Assembly: GCF_000150275.1 (NCBI RefSeq)
Contig: NW_002060952.1
Location: 1,802,606-1,866,605 of the forward strand
DNA length: 64,000 bases
Direction of reading: 5' to 3'
Source: Trichoplax adhaerens
Lineage: Eukaryota; Animalia; Placozoa
A program made the translations under genes and the position numbers. Positions 50,672 to 63,932 of the stretch are shown one piece after another. Under the pieces are notes generated by a model that ran no database searches, had not been told where the DNA came from, and saw only the letters and a program-made list of their open reading frames with translations. Position 1 is the first letter of the stretch. Each line of letters opens with the position of its first letter.

Positions 50672-51900
50672 GAATACATTTATGAACATTATAGACTTCG
50701 CATCAATCGGATAAGTACTAATAATATACTAGGCGTTTTTTATAGACAAATTGCAATAATATGCGGTTACTTGTGGGTGCATTATTCACCTGTAATATAG
50801 TTATGTCTCTAGTGACATCAATTTGCATGTGAATTTTGATGTCATTTAAGCGTTCCAAACAATTATCCTGTAAATGTGCAATAACCTTAATCTTTATGTA
50901 CAAAAGATGTTCTAAAAATGTCTATCAGGATTTAATTTAATAACTCTTACAGTAAATTTTCAATTATAGAGCATTGAAGTTGTAATAAAATTACTATCGA
51001 AGTGAAATCACTGACAAATGCTTCCTTTCGCATCTATTAAATCTCAAAATAGTTAGAAAAATTAATTGATATTCAAACTGATAATTAATCCTTTCAATGA
51101 ATTGATCGAAATTTGTTCAGTTGTTAAAATAATCTCAGCAAGATCTTCCACCTTTTATCTACCTTTCTAATAACGCAATTATCATCAAAAGAAAATTCAT
51201 AGCTGATATTGTAAACATAAATTTTATTATAATTTCTAAAATTAGTAGTAGTAGCTATCAAAGATTTTAGTTTTAGATATAGATTGCATAGTATCGTAAA
51301 TATGGAGTGTTCATATTACTTAAATCATTGTAATCTGTCTTAAGCTCAGCTTGATACGCTTTTTATTAAAAGAATTCTGTTTGGCAATTAAATTTTTTTA
51401 ATTTTTAATGAACTGCAATCTGGAAAGATAGTAAAATAATTTAAATGTACTTATTATGTACAGTATCAGGTAAATGTCTTTTATAGAGCACCTCCGCGTG
51501 TACTTGCATAAATTTTAGCCGGCAAAGTGATATATGAGTACTGACAAGTGTTGGCATATTACGAATGTTTCGAAACTTGCACAGGACAAAAAACACAAAT
51601 CCTCCATCCATTGTATTAATTATTACACAACTGCGTGTGTCGAAGTAGAAATTATTAATTTAAGTATTAATGATAACTGTTGGCAATAAAAATATTTTAG
51701 TTTAACAATGTATGAGTTACTAGATACTATATTAGTTTCAGTTAATTCATCTTATTCATAATTTGATAGAAATCTCAAGTAAATCATGCAACAGGCAAGA
51801 CGAAAGGAAAAGCGTTCGGGTAATAAACTTATCAATTTGTTATTGCGACTTAATGGGCAAGATAAGATTTGTTACAGTAAAAGCATTCTGTAACTAATCG

Positions 51901-52049
51901 TATATAAATCGTGAATTTTGCTGTAATAAGTAGATTGTCAGATAGTCAGATAGTCCTTGGTAGTTAGACGAACCTAACTTCTGTAATAAAGTGAAATTTG
52001 CAAGAAACTGTAGTTCTTGATTTATTGTTTTGAAGATCACTTTATCACA
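51901..52049 (-). repeat. 149-bp inverted repeat, right copy (partner 36619-36767)
   Basis: Reverse complement of 36619-36767, with one mismatch by eye. Confidence 0.93.
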
Positions 52050-55000
52050 GTTACCATTGTAAATTTTTTTAGAACAACTTACATCATGCCGTAGATAATA
52101 CTGTACAGGGTTCGGTTCTCATCGAAACTACTCTGATTACGAGAATAAATAAATTACATCAATACTGCTGTAGTAGATGCGCTAAAAGATCTAAATTTCT
52201 GAATTTCAGTTGAAGATTGATTACCAAGTGATCACTTAGGGTTCGAACTCTGAATGTTTATATATCACATACGAAAACTTTAGTGCATGCATAATATAAA
52301 ACTGATATATGGCAACAAACACACAATATATCTTTACGATGTTCAAATACATTGACGAAAAGCATCTGTGTCAAATTGTGAACATAATTATTAATCATCG
52401 TAATTTCTAAATTAGACTGGAGTCCTTTTGGGATACAGTTTAAGATCAGGTCTAGTTGATATAAATATAATAAGAATCTCGATCAAGTTCATTAACTCTT
52501 AATGAAGCAAATTAAATCAGTTAATAAGTAGTTATTTGTGTTATGGTAACCTTTCAGTACGATAACTTAACTTTTTTAATAAACTACCTCAACTTGATAG
52601 CTAGCATATTTATAGATCGATCAGTTGTATTTTATAATCATGTACAGTTTGTTAGCTCCGTGGACCATAAATAAGTTAATAAAGGGCCAAGGTAAAAATA
52701 AGGAAATCTAGTAGTAAAATAAGGCAAATAAGCACTGACTACATTATAGTCCATACTCAGATCAATCATTTCGCGATAGCTGGTGTGTCATACTATTTTA
52801 GGGCATAGAATTTATGGAAAATTGTCCAAACTTTACTTTAACCAATAGTATGGCTAAAAGCAATTAAAGTCTTTAACAAAATTTATTCGCCTATCTTGGA
52901 TAACTAATGAAGCTTATCATAGTTTAACACGTAAATAAAAAAAACATAATTCGATTTAAGAGGAAAGCTTTACTGTTGTATTATGAGAATGAAAATTAAG
53001 TCATACTAAAATTCTATAGCAGCTTTCAATCAAACGAAATACTACGGTTAGCTATATCTATCACAGATTTCTACTTTATGAAGCTGTATCTATTCGGATT
53101 ATCAGTCATTATTGCATAAGATACAGAGATTACTTGGCAGAAATCTATCACCAGATGAACGTAACTTTCTTTAAATTGTCATACATTCAGGAACAACATC
53201 ACGGAAAGTAAGTTTTAGACTAATTTATTGCTAATAAGAAAAAGATAATAACCCAAAATTTAGCGATAGGAAATACTGACATAAATACAGTAGCTATTTC
53301 AAAACAGCCTGAATTCAACCTAGAGTTTTATTATAGCGAAGATCAACAAACAAACAGTTTAAGTACATCATTTCGGTACTTGATATCGACAGAATATGTC
53401 ATCAAGTGAAGGCCCATTAAACCATTTAATATACGTATTCAATCAAATACTGCCATAGAACCATAAAAATTGAAATGCTTACTAAATCTTTGGCATCACT
53501 AATCACTAACTGCTATCCATACAAAATGAATTCTGAACCATTAATATCGATATGATAGTTGGATTGAAGTGCTTATGTACATCTTACTCTATTGATGAAA
53601 AGAATGCCGATAACGATTGTACCTGTAGTAAATTAAACAAGGATCACATTCATAGATATTATCTTCTAATAGAAATTTTAATCGAAAGTCGTAGCCTACT
53701 CTGATCACTGACCAGCCTTGAGATAAAAACATGGAGAATCTAAGTATAACATATTTGCCCTTTTAAATATAAAAAATGATCCTAGTTCCAGCAATGTTTT
53801 TTCTCTTAACTTCTTAAATCTATTTATAGAATATCATGACTTTTATTCACCTACAGTTTTCAAATCATAGAAATATTTACCCTGATTAAATACCGTATCT
53901 AAGGTGGAAGTAAACATAGTAAATATCTTCGGTGCCATAGCTTCACAATTGTAAACTTTAGTATCAATATTGAATTTATCTTGATGAAAATATGTAACTA
54001 GGATATAGCATAAAGCTTCTTTAATAAAAGTCGGCCGCTTTAATAGCAATTTATGACGGATTAGGATTCGGATAAGAAATTTTGCTAAACGTTAATTTTT
54101 TATGAATAAAAGTTAGGCAACAAGGATCTAATTCCTTCCCATAAAAAACCAATTAACAGAACTCAACAAAAACTGAATGAGTCTTATCTACTGCAAAGGA
54201 CACCTTAAAATTAAGCCGTAAGAAATAAATAATAGCATAACTGATGTATTTTAAGTCGTTCCTAAGGAGTTTTAAGCGAGTAGCCTATCATCTGTTACTG
54301 TCAGCATTGTTAATAATTATAATTATTGAAAATTCTTTACGAAATGCAATAAAATTAATTTCCCTCCATTCTTACTGAGACAATGATGTCATTATACTTT
54401 AAATTGCCTAATATTATTTAACCAACTCTTATGAAAAGCATCGTGTCCGTAAGAACAAATTTTGATTATAGTAATGAGTCTGAAAGAATAACTATTTTCG
54501 CTAATGCTTTGATTTTATCACAGTAGTTTTTCAGCCGTATAGTTAATAGGTCACACGTGAAAGCTAGACATTTCAATGCTGATTTGGTAACTAATATTGA
54601 TATTCTATTACGATTATATGATTGCCGTTGCTGGTAATAAAAGGGAAGTATTGACTAATAGTCACCGGACATTGATGATACAACAACGACAGCAACTATG
54701 TACTTAGCAACAATTGCTAAATTCTCTAAATTGTATATATCAATTTTACGGTCAGTGCTTTATGACCGAAAAGAAATAGGATCATTTCTGATAATACTTC
54801 ACATCTTTGGCTGTGACTAATGTCTCAAAATAAAGTAAATTAGACAATATTCAATACAATTCAACTTAAACTGAGATTGATCATTTATCCCTGATATAGT
54901 ACAAGCAAATAAAATCAAGTATTCATTTCTTCCAACTTATTTGTTGGTTATAAATTAATTCATTGTTTATACTACTTATCAATATTTGTTTTGCCTCCCA

Positions 55001-56117
55001 TCCAAATTATAAACTGTCTACTCGTTCATTACTATATCGGAAATCGATCAGAAAAGCTACCGAAAATGAATGAATTGCTATTGCCATCATTCTATCCTGT
55101 CAAATCTAACTTGGTATAAAATTATTATTTGATAATTTTTTGACATCTTCTTCTATCGATAATTTTTCGATCAATTTTCAATTAAAAATCAATCCAACTT
55201 CAATTGAGGAAAACTGTATCAAAGCTGCTTCATCGTAATTAATGAACAAAAAATGTGGATTGTTTCTTTTCAAACTTCTACTTCAATATTTTTTATTTGC
55301 CCTAATGTTGAATTTTGGCTGCTTTATAGTGAAGTAGATGGCTCCACAGCAAATACAATTTATGCGTATCATTGATCAGAATCAGCGCTATTATAATAGT
55401 TTTTTACTGCTCTCGGAGTAATTTACCTCAGAGCGACTATGGTGAACAATTAAATTAGTAATTCTAGTAATCCTTTCCCTTTGTGTCATCATGAAGTTGA
55501 TCTATCGTTGTATCACTGTTTATAATTCATGTTAATTATTAGAAGTTTGGATATTTAATGACAGTTACAGAAACTTACCAATCATGATATCTCCTCTATT
55601 CCATCGTTGATCTATGATACATATCAAACACATTGTAGTTAAGCGTCGGTGTTATAAATCGCCTGAGGTGAACAACATGTTTACCCCCTCATTCATGATA
55701 ATATTGAATGCATTACTGCCATGTCCTATTTCAATGGAATAGAGAGAACTGCCTACTCCAGACTTAAATTGTTGCTTTCGACAATACTACCATCGCCATC
55801 GTCTGATTTCCTTTTATCGTAAGGGAACAAAACATCACTAATCAACCATTGTCTCCTTCATCAGGTAACCAATTGATGATTGTAAGGCTGAAGCCGAAGT
55901 AAAATATAATATGACACAACATTATCCCAAGTTAACATTTAGACATACATCCTACATCACATTGCAAGACAATTGGCTATAGTTATCGTTAGCCATTAGG
56001 ATAAAGTCGATCTTGAAACCATTTGAAAGCCTACAAAATCGAGACGGTACGTGAGAGCACGAAGAAAAAAAAGAAAGACGGTGAGAGAAGAGAAAGCTAA
56101 AAGATACAGGATCAAAT

Positions 56118-57227
56118 ATGATAAACACGGTTCGCCGAGATAGCGCCTTTGTTGTAATTGGTGCATTTTACATCATAATTATGGCAGTATCCATACCAGC
56201 AAATATTTTAATTTTATTAGCCATGGGATTAAATAAAAAATTACAGACACCGATCAATATATTAGTTGGTAATCTGTCAGTGGCTGGTTTAGCCATTGCT
56301 ATTTTGCGGATGCCTTTTAAAATCTATGAATTATTTAATCCAGATGCAAGTTTTATTTTACCAACATCGTTTGCTATGTGTCGTTTCCAACAGATATTGC
56401 CTGCTGCTAGTGTTTTATGTATATCAATTACGCTAACAACAATTTGTGTTGATCGTTATCTTGCTATTATGTATCCTATGAAACAATATTTAAAAATGAC
56501 TCTTACGCGCGTGTATATCTTTTTACCAATCAGCTGGGGAGTTTCATTTGCTTGCTTTGGTCCATATGCAAGTATTATGACGTTGCAGACAATTAATGAT
56601 CGTGTCTACTGTTTTCCAATCTATCCTAAATCACCAGCAGATATTAATATTACTAATAGCGATGGTGATTTTGTACGATTAATCACGGCATCTAATATTG
56701 TTTTATGGGGCTTATTTATTCCAATTGCCTTCTTGATTCCATCGATTATTATGGCAACGTTATATTTCATTATTGTACGGCATTTATGGTACGGTGAGGC
56801 TCCTGGTGATAAAGTTAAAACTGTTATAGTCAAGGAAAGAGCTATAAGACAAAAGCAAAAACAGCGCGTTGTTAAACTCTTAATTATATGCTGCTTAATC
56901 TTTATTCTAACTAATCTTCCATATTACGCGGTATTCATGTTACTCGACTTTGGATTTCTCCAAATCCCCAGATCAGATACAACAATTGTGACCAATTCAT
57001 TAATTATAATCAATTTATCAGCTGTAGCCTATAATCCAATTATTTATGGTTATTTCAATCGTAGCATCAAGAAAGCTGTTGATAATTTGCTACGCCGCAT
57101 TCAGTGCAAACCGCCTATTGAGGAGCATAACTTTGTTGATGTCACATGTGTTACAAGAGTGCCAAATGGCCATGATGGCACATCATACTTGAAAAGTGCT
57201 GCGTACCATATCAAATCTACCAATTAA
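56118..57227 (+). CDS. Class A GPCR, cluster gene 5
   Basis: 369-aa intronless ORF with IPAN, NILVGNLS, CVDRY, YCFP, NLPYY and YNPIIYGYFN. Confidence 0.94.
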   Translation: MINTVRRDSAFVVIGAFYIIIMAVSIPANILILLAMGLNKKLQTPINILVGNLSVAGLAIAILRMPFKIYELFNPDASFILPTSFAMCRFQQILPAASVLCISITLTTICVDRYLAIMYPMKQYLKMTLTRVYIFLPISWGVSFACFGPYASIMTLQTINDRVYCFPIYPKSPADINITNSDGDFVRLITASNIVLWGLFIPIAFLIPSIIMATLYFIIVRHLWYGEAPGDKVKTVIVKERAIRQKQKQRVVKLLIICCLIFILTNLPYYAVFMLLDFGFLQIPRSDTTIVTNSLIIINLSAVAYNPIIYGYFNRSIKKAVDNLLRRIQCKPPIEEHNFVDVTCVTRVPNGHDGTSYLKSAAYHIKSTN

Positions 57228-60200
57228 TCCAAGAAGGATAAGACCGTTTCTAGCAGCATTTGTTTGCGATTACATTCTTATTGAATTATTATCGTGGAAG
57301 AGATCACAATCGAATTCTTAATATTTTAACGATGATAGTTATTTGAATTCATTCACTATTTTTTTCCTTTAGTAACGTACAATTTCAATGGCTGCTACAC
57401 TCTAGACTGGATTTCTATGTAAGAGACTATGCATTCCATTCCTCCATCTTGGATAAATATAAGACTGATAGCCAACTGCACTTACAATTTATACTAATCT
57501 AAATGATGGTAAATCATTGTTGAAAACCACATTTTTATTCGTATTCATGACACTATATCGTGCATCAAAATTTATTAAAGCGATTTTTCTATTAAGTTAC
57601 CTAGAACAAATATCAAGAACAAAATAATCTTGACTAGCTGTTCCAGAGGCATTAGTATTTATCGCAATCGGTATTTTGGGTAATCATCACTATTGAAATT
57701 ACTTTATCATCCTTATGATTAATTAATGATTTCAATTTTCGGAAGAGAAAAATTACCGTCATTGGAAAGAACGAATATAAATTGTACTTTTATACCATAT
57801 ATCGTAACATGCAGTTTCTATGTAAGTAAAATGATATCATTTAATACTGACAAAATTAATGGACATGCCTGGCATTCACATAATACAGTACTTTACACTG
57901 AAATGTTTCGCATGCTATATCGCCAATTCTTATAACTCAATTAGAAAATTAATTTTATTTTTATTAATTAATCATTGCTCGTTATATAAATGACTTTATC
58001 CTATACAGTCTTTTAATTCTGCTTCAGTATAAATTAGTCATTTCAATTCTTTGACCAACGTCAATCTTCTCTGGTTAGCACTACTTTTGATTTAATTCAT
58101 AAAATGTAATTGTAATCCAATTTTGGAGAAAAATAAACTGAAAACTTCCCTCTTACCTAATGAAAAAGAAAACTTGTTATGATTAAACTTATCAGCAAAA
58201 ACAATCTAAAGATTTCCTCTCTTTGCATTAATATTCAAACTTTGAAAAGAATTTGGCATTGTAAATCAAGACTTATCATTCCTTATAGCACCGTTATGAC
58301 ACTTTCGTCTCACTCGCAATGGGATTATAAAATTTTCCATTCCCTACTGCAAATGATTAAATATCATGTTCGTTTTAGTTTGTTTCAGCATTTAATTGAG
58401 CCGGCTAGTGGGTTGTTTTCTCTAGTTGTGCAAATAACTTAATGTAAATTTGTTTATATAACCGTTAATAATTTGCTTTATACATTATGATTGTAAAATC
58501 GACTACCAACGAAAAGTTCATTAAACAAATACATTTTGATAGTTTTGGGCGAAGAAAATAGAATTAATTAGGTGTACAGCGTATTTGATATTTGCAAGTG
58601 GCTCCATTATACAATGACTTTGCTCGAAGCTCAGTTTAGTCTGTATGTAAATGTTTAATATTATTTAATTAAACAGTAAGCTCTTCAAGTTTTCAATAGT
58701 TCAAGTAGGAATTAAATAATTCAACCACTTTATTATTTTTTGCCTTCTACAACACCATGGTCAAGAATCCACTTAGTAGAAGGAAAATAAGGATATAATA
58801 GCTAATCCTCTTTGCTCACGTCATAAAATAATCATGAAATTAAAGGTCTTTACATCAGAATAATATTTTTTTAGAATCACAGAACTCGTGTAGCATGTTG
58901 ACGATAAATTTTAATTTATCAACATTTTTCTAAATTTACTTAACCTTATTCAATATCAGAATACAGACTATAAAATTAGAAAGGGTTATTAGATTTGGGT
59001 AATTATGGTACTGTTGATAGGGTGCAGTTGAAAAAAAGTAAACGTAAAATCTGGCAACTGTGACGAGGCAGCCAATCATCCGCCCACTCTTTACTTTCAT
59101 AGTACTATAGAATAAGGCTATGCCATGGCCTAATGCACAAATTGCACTATTTAATACATAAATGGTAAATAATTATACGTAATTTAATTCAATAATAAAA
59201 TACTAAAACGTATACTATACTATTAGTACCTATATTAACTGAAAGCATTAATACGGTGGATTCATTTCCGCTAATTTTAATTGATAAACAAATAATGCAA
59301 ATTCAAAAGCAGTAATTTCAAATCATTTACGTAACTTGTTTTTGCGAAAATCTTTACGAACGGTTTTTTAATACTACCGGGATCAATTATATTTCAATGT
59401 CTAACTGCTACGTATTGACAAAAATATCCGATACCTTAGTTTGCAACCATACAAAACTTGTAGTCATTAACTTTAAAGTAGGAGAATCAACTTCCATGAA
59501 TTATATCAGTAAGAATTAACCGCTGATAACAAGATAGGAAAATGACTCAATGGAGCTTATTTTATTTACATTTTCATAGTTGTCAGTTTCATTTCCTATA
59601 TATCTACTAGTACAGAATATATATTCGCATAAGCTAAGCCTGTAGGCTACAAGATTAAAACTTCTATCCTTAAAAGTACAATGCATTGTTTGAACAACCT
59701 GGAATACATAGCCGATATGATTATATTATGTATATGATTAATTAACGGGACAGTAACGAAAACAAACGTTCAAATGATCATTTAAGAGCAATAATTTGTT
59801 ACCAAAGGACAATTAACCTTACAAAGTAAGGCTACTTATGAAGCAAATTAACATTAGTTAGTTTAAATAGATCCTCTCAAGGATAGTAGAATGAAGGAAG
59901 GCAGGCTTCCTAATAATTAATTTGTTTCTTTGCTATGCAATTGGTGATACGCAAAAGGTACTACGCTTCCAACATAATGATTGATGCATACCGGTAATAG
60001 ATATTTTCTACATAAAAGCGAATCACTGCGATTGTTTTTATTTCATGAGATATAGCAGAAAAATGATTGCACCAAAAGGAACTAAATTATACTTTAATTG
60101 ACTTTAAATGGATGATTCACCAATTTTATTTAAAGCATCTCTAATTTGAAACAGAGAATAGTTTCATGATAATGAAATTATTTTGAACGGAAAGATAGCT

Positions 60201-61131
60201 TTAATTAGAACTTACCCCCTATTAAGAGTTATTATTTCTCAATAATTTTAATACGAAGCATTTAAGGTTATCTTAATTGTCAGTAAATAGATTAATCTAA
60301 TTGAAATAATAAGTGATTATACGAATACTATTTTAATTTTATACAGGTGCTATGTTAGCAATAAATGATACATCCCACTGTGATATAAATAATAGCCAAT
60401 AACTATAAGCTTGATTGATAGACAATAGATAAAGTTACTGGCGGCCTTTCAGTATGTTGGCTAACAATAATGCCAACCAACAAAGTCACTCTATCACAAT
60501 CTGTGAACAATTGAAAACTTGATCGCATTTATTTAATGATAGCGCTATCTAGTCATCTTATTTCTCTTTTATCTGTCAAATAGACTTTTCCAGTAAAATT
60601 TGATTATGCTGTATATAATAGATTATTAACCATAATGAATGGTAACTTTATTACTATACAAATCTATTATTCCAAGGTTAGTATGCCCTTAACCCGTAAT
60701 TATATGATTTAATTTTAAGCAAGTTCTTATTCTTTTAAACTTATCATCCTTCCATCAGCAAGCTAAAAATGAACAATGTGAACTAAAATTAAAACCGGTT
60801 CCTATCACAATAAATGCTGTAATTAAGAACGTAATATTTTCTAAACCCATCAGCAGGATGCCAATGGTTTATTTCATTAATATTAGTTATACATAAACAA
60901 ACTTTCATAATTTCTTTTACAATTCACTACCAGCTGCTGATTTAACTTCGTACTTACTCTTTATCTCTAACAGCTGTTACAGACACAAATTTACTGCAAA
61001 ATGATGCATTGAGGTTAATTATAGGCTAAATTATGCAACTATGTGTTTGTAGACTTCGATATCATGTCCGTTTACGAATCAAGAATGAACGTTTAAAGGT
61101 GAAAAGAATTCTGAATTTCATATTTTAAGAT

Positions 61132-61181
61132 NNNNNNNNNNNNNNNNNNNNNNNNNNNNNNNNNNNNNNNNNNNNNNNNNN
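61132..61181. other. Assembly gap (50 N)
   Basis: Run of N characters. Confidence 0.99.
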
Positions 61182-61204
61182 CATAAACATGATTGATTGA
61201 TTAC

Positions 61205-61858
61205 CATTGCTTCACTGGCAAATTGGTCGTTAATTCCATCCAATGACGTTGAGCCTCATAGTCGCCATACATCGGTGGTTTACCTTTACCTATAGTTTAT
61301 TCATGATAGATTGAATAACAAGCAAAAATTAGTGGGAGAGCATCCACTTCAATTCGTTATTCACGTACAAGTACATTGCAAAGAGTAGAATAATACACAG
61401 TAGTATTGTGGTGCTGAATAAAATTGCCGGGATTCAATGGATCACTATCCTTTATTCATTCCAATGTACTATTCATTATCATGTTATCCACCTGCACGAA
61501 TGAAGGTGATAGAAATAATCTAAGGGTCAATTCATCATGATTGTAGAGAAGAAGGTGCACAGGCTTGGATTTGTGCAGTCGATATACTAATCTATAGTAT
61601 TAGCTGGAGATTATGAGTGGAAACGACGATCTGATGGTGCTAATGCGATTTGTCGACTCTAAGTGCTGGTAAGAGAATGAAACATCCACTTTGACGCATT
61701 ACTTTATACTATACTTTAATCTAGAATATGAAATGATTTATTTCATTTTGACCTGAGTACGGGTTTAAAGAGATACACCATCGAATTAGTAAGGCTATTA
61801 GAGTTGCTATGATATTATCCAAAATAAATCCATGGGGGTTGCTAAGAAATTCCGCCAT
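61205..61858 (-). CDS. ALG6: ALG6 second copy, exons 1-2 only (remainder would run into the gap)
   Basis: Exon 1 at 61858-61753 ([10 protein letters not shown]...[10 protein letters not shown]) and exon 2 at 61289-61205 ([29 protein letters not shown]), both with intact splice sites. Confidence 0.88.
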
Positions 61859-62540
61859 AGTTTCCTTCGCTGCAATCGTAATACGTAACTACTATCATCG
61901 ACTCCTACAGTAGATAGAGTGATTGATCTACAGTACAGTACTGTAAACTATTACTCTAACACACTTCAATGTTACAATGGACAGTACATACTCTACAGTA
62001 TGTTGTGTACTGTACTGGACGGATAACCATCTACCGTGTGCCATACTGTACGGTGCACGGTAGCGGGCAAATTGAACTGAAATGCTTATCGTATAAACTT
62101 ATTGTTTCCATACGGCAACAATAAGTCTAAGAGCAACTGCGATAGCGGCTGCGCGACTTCAAGGGTTCAAACTCAAGCCTTTTTTTTCATACAGTACTAA
62201 AGACTATGAACTCCTTTGTAATTAAACTAAGAAATACCCAGGAAAACTGAATGAAAATGAGCTAAGAAATCGTCAATACACTCTATGAAACTTTAAATTT
62301 CGATAAGATCGATATACTTGATACATTTTCATAGTAGAAAACCTATTTCTCTGGTATTTTCTGAAGGAGATTTTCGTTTTCGCCAATGTCTGCCATGATT
62401 TCTTGCCAACTTTGCACTGTAGACCAACGCAGTTAGTACTGTAGAGATCTCGTCCATCAGCAATATTAACTTACAGTACTGTACAGTACACTGTACAGTA
62501 TAGTATCAATTTATTAGTCGTCAAGCGAAGACGATACTGA

Positions 62541-63169
62541 ATACTATTCAAAATGTCTTCAAGTTCGCATTACATTATCTAGTATGAGTTTAATGCGACT
62601 ATACTATTCAAAATGTCTTCAACTTCTCATTACATTATCTAGTATGAGTTTAATGTGACCAATGATTCCATTTCTGTCATTAATATCGATTCATGTAATA
62701 AGTTGCAGTACACTATACTATTCAAAATGTCTTCAAGCTCGCATTACATTATCTAGTATGAGTTTAATGCGACTATACTATTCAAAATGTCTTCAAGTTC
62801 GCATTACATTATCTAGTAGGAGCTTAATGCGACTATACTATTCAAAATGTCTTCAAGTTCGCATTACATTATCTAGTATGAGTTTAATGCGACTATACTA
62901 TTCAATATGTCTTCAACTTCTCATTACAATTATCTAGTATGAGTTTAGTGTGACTATACTATTCAAAATGTCTTCAACTTCTCATTACATTATCTAGTAT
63001 GAGTTTAATGTGACCAATGATTCCATTTCTGTCATTGATATCGACTCATGTAATGACTTACAGTACACTATACTATTCAAAATGTCTTCAACATCTCATT
63101 CCATTATCTAGTAGGAGTTTAATGTGACGAATGGTTCCATTTCTATAATTAATATCGACTCATGTAATA
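62541..63169 (+). repeat. Second copy of the compound minisatellite, order A A B A A A A A B A B'
   Basis: A units start at 62541, 62601, 62715, 62775, 62835, 62895, 62956 and 63070. B units start at 62661, 63016 and (partial) 63130. Confidence 0.95.
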
Positions 63170-63932
63170 TGTTTGCGTTCATCATGTAACAGCTTTACAG
63201 TGTATAGCGAAACCTAAAAATACTTGTAGTACAGTATGTGATATTTTCGAAATTGGATCCTCAATTGTATGGATGATAAATCTTCATTTTATCCTTAGTC
63301 AGTTTATAGAATTATTATACTGTCTGATGGTATGAGGTTCAATAATATACTATACTTAATAACAGTATTCCTCTTTCAAATATATTGCAAGATAGATCCG
63401 CAGTATATTTTTACAGTCATTCCGCCATGACGGTGAAGTAAATGCTTCAAATAGAATTACTTACCAACAAATAACTCATTAAATAAGCAATAAACAACTA
63501 CTTTGACAGTAATGCATCATCAGCGGTTCGAAATAAAATAAATAAATAACTCTGACTCGTTGACGCATTAAAGTTGCTATTGTAATATTTTATCATGCTA
63601 CTTTGAATACCACAAGAAAAATTGAGTTTTAAGTAATAACAAATTTGAAATTTTTACAGTAAATGATGTTATTTGCAATGTTTATCATAATTTTCGTTTC
63701 ATTCGAATAAACAGTTACAAAGTTGAAATGTTTAATAGGCTCACTATATAAGTAGCCTAATGTACAACCTACTTATTTTTCATCTTATTTTTCAATAGAT
63801 TATCGATCCTTTAGTTACGAGCAATAAATTCATTATATATAAAGACAATAATATTCCATCTATCTGGCAATCTTAATCGGCGATATTTTGATTTATTGTA
63901 CACGAGTTTTTAATACCTGCAAAATTCAAGCG

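Noticed and set aside
25722-57227. GPCRs as opsins
   Set aside because: None of the five has Lys at TM7 position 7.43.
57228-61131. Short ORFs after GPCR gene 5 (57726-57935, 58179-58442) and similar 60-90 aa intergenic ORFs elsewhere
   Set aside because: AT-rich, no recognisable motifs or exon chains; consistent with chance ORFs.
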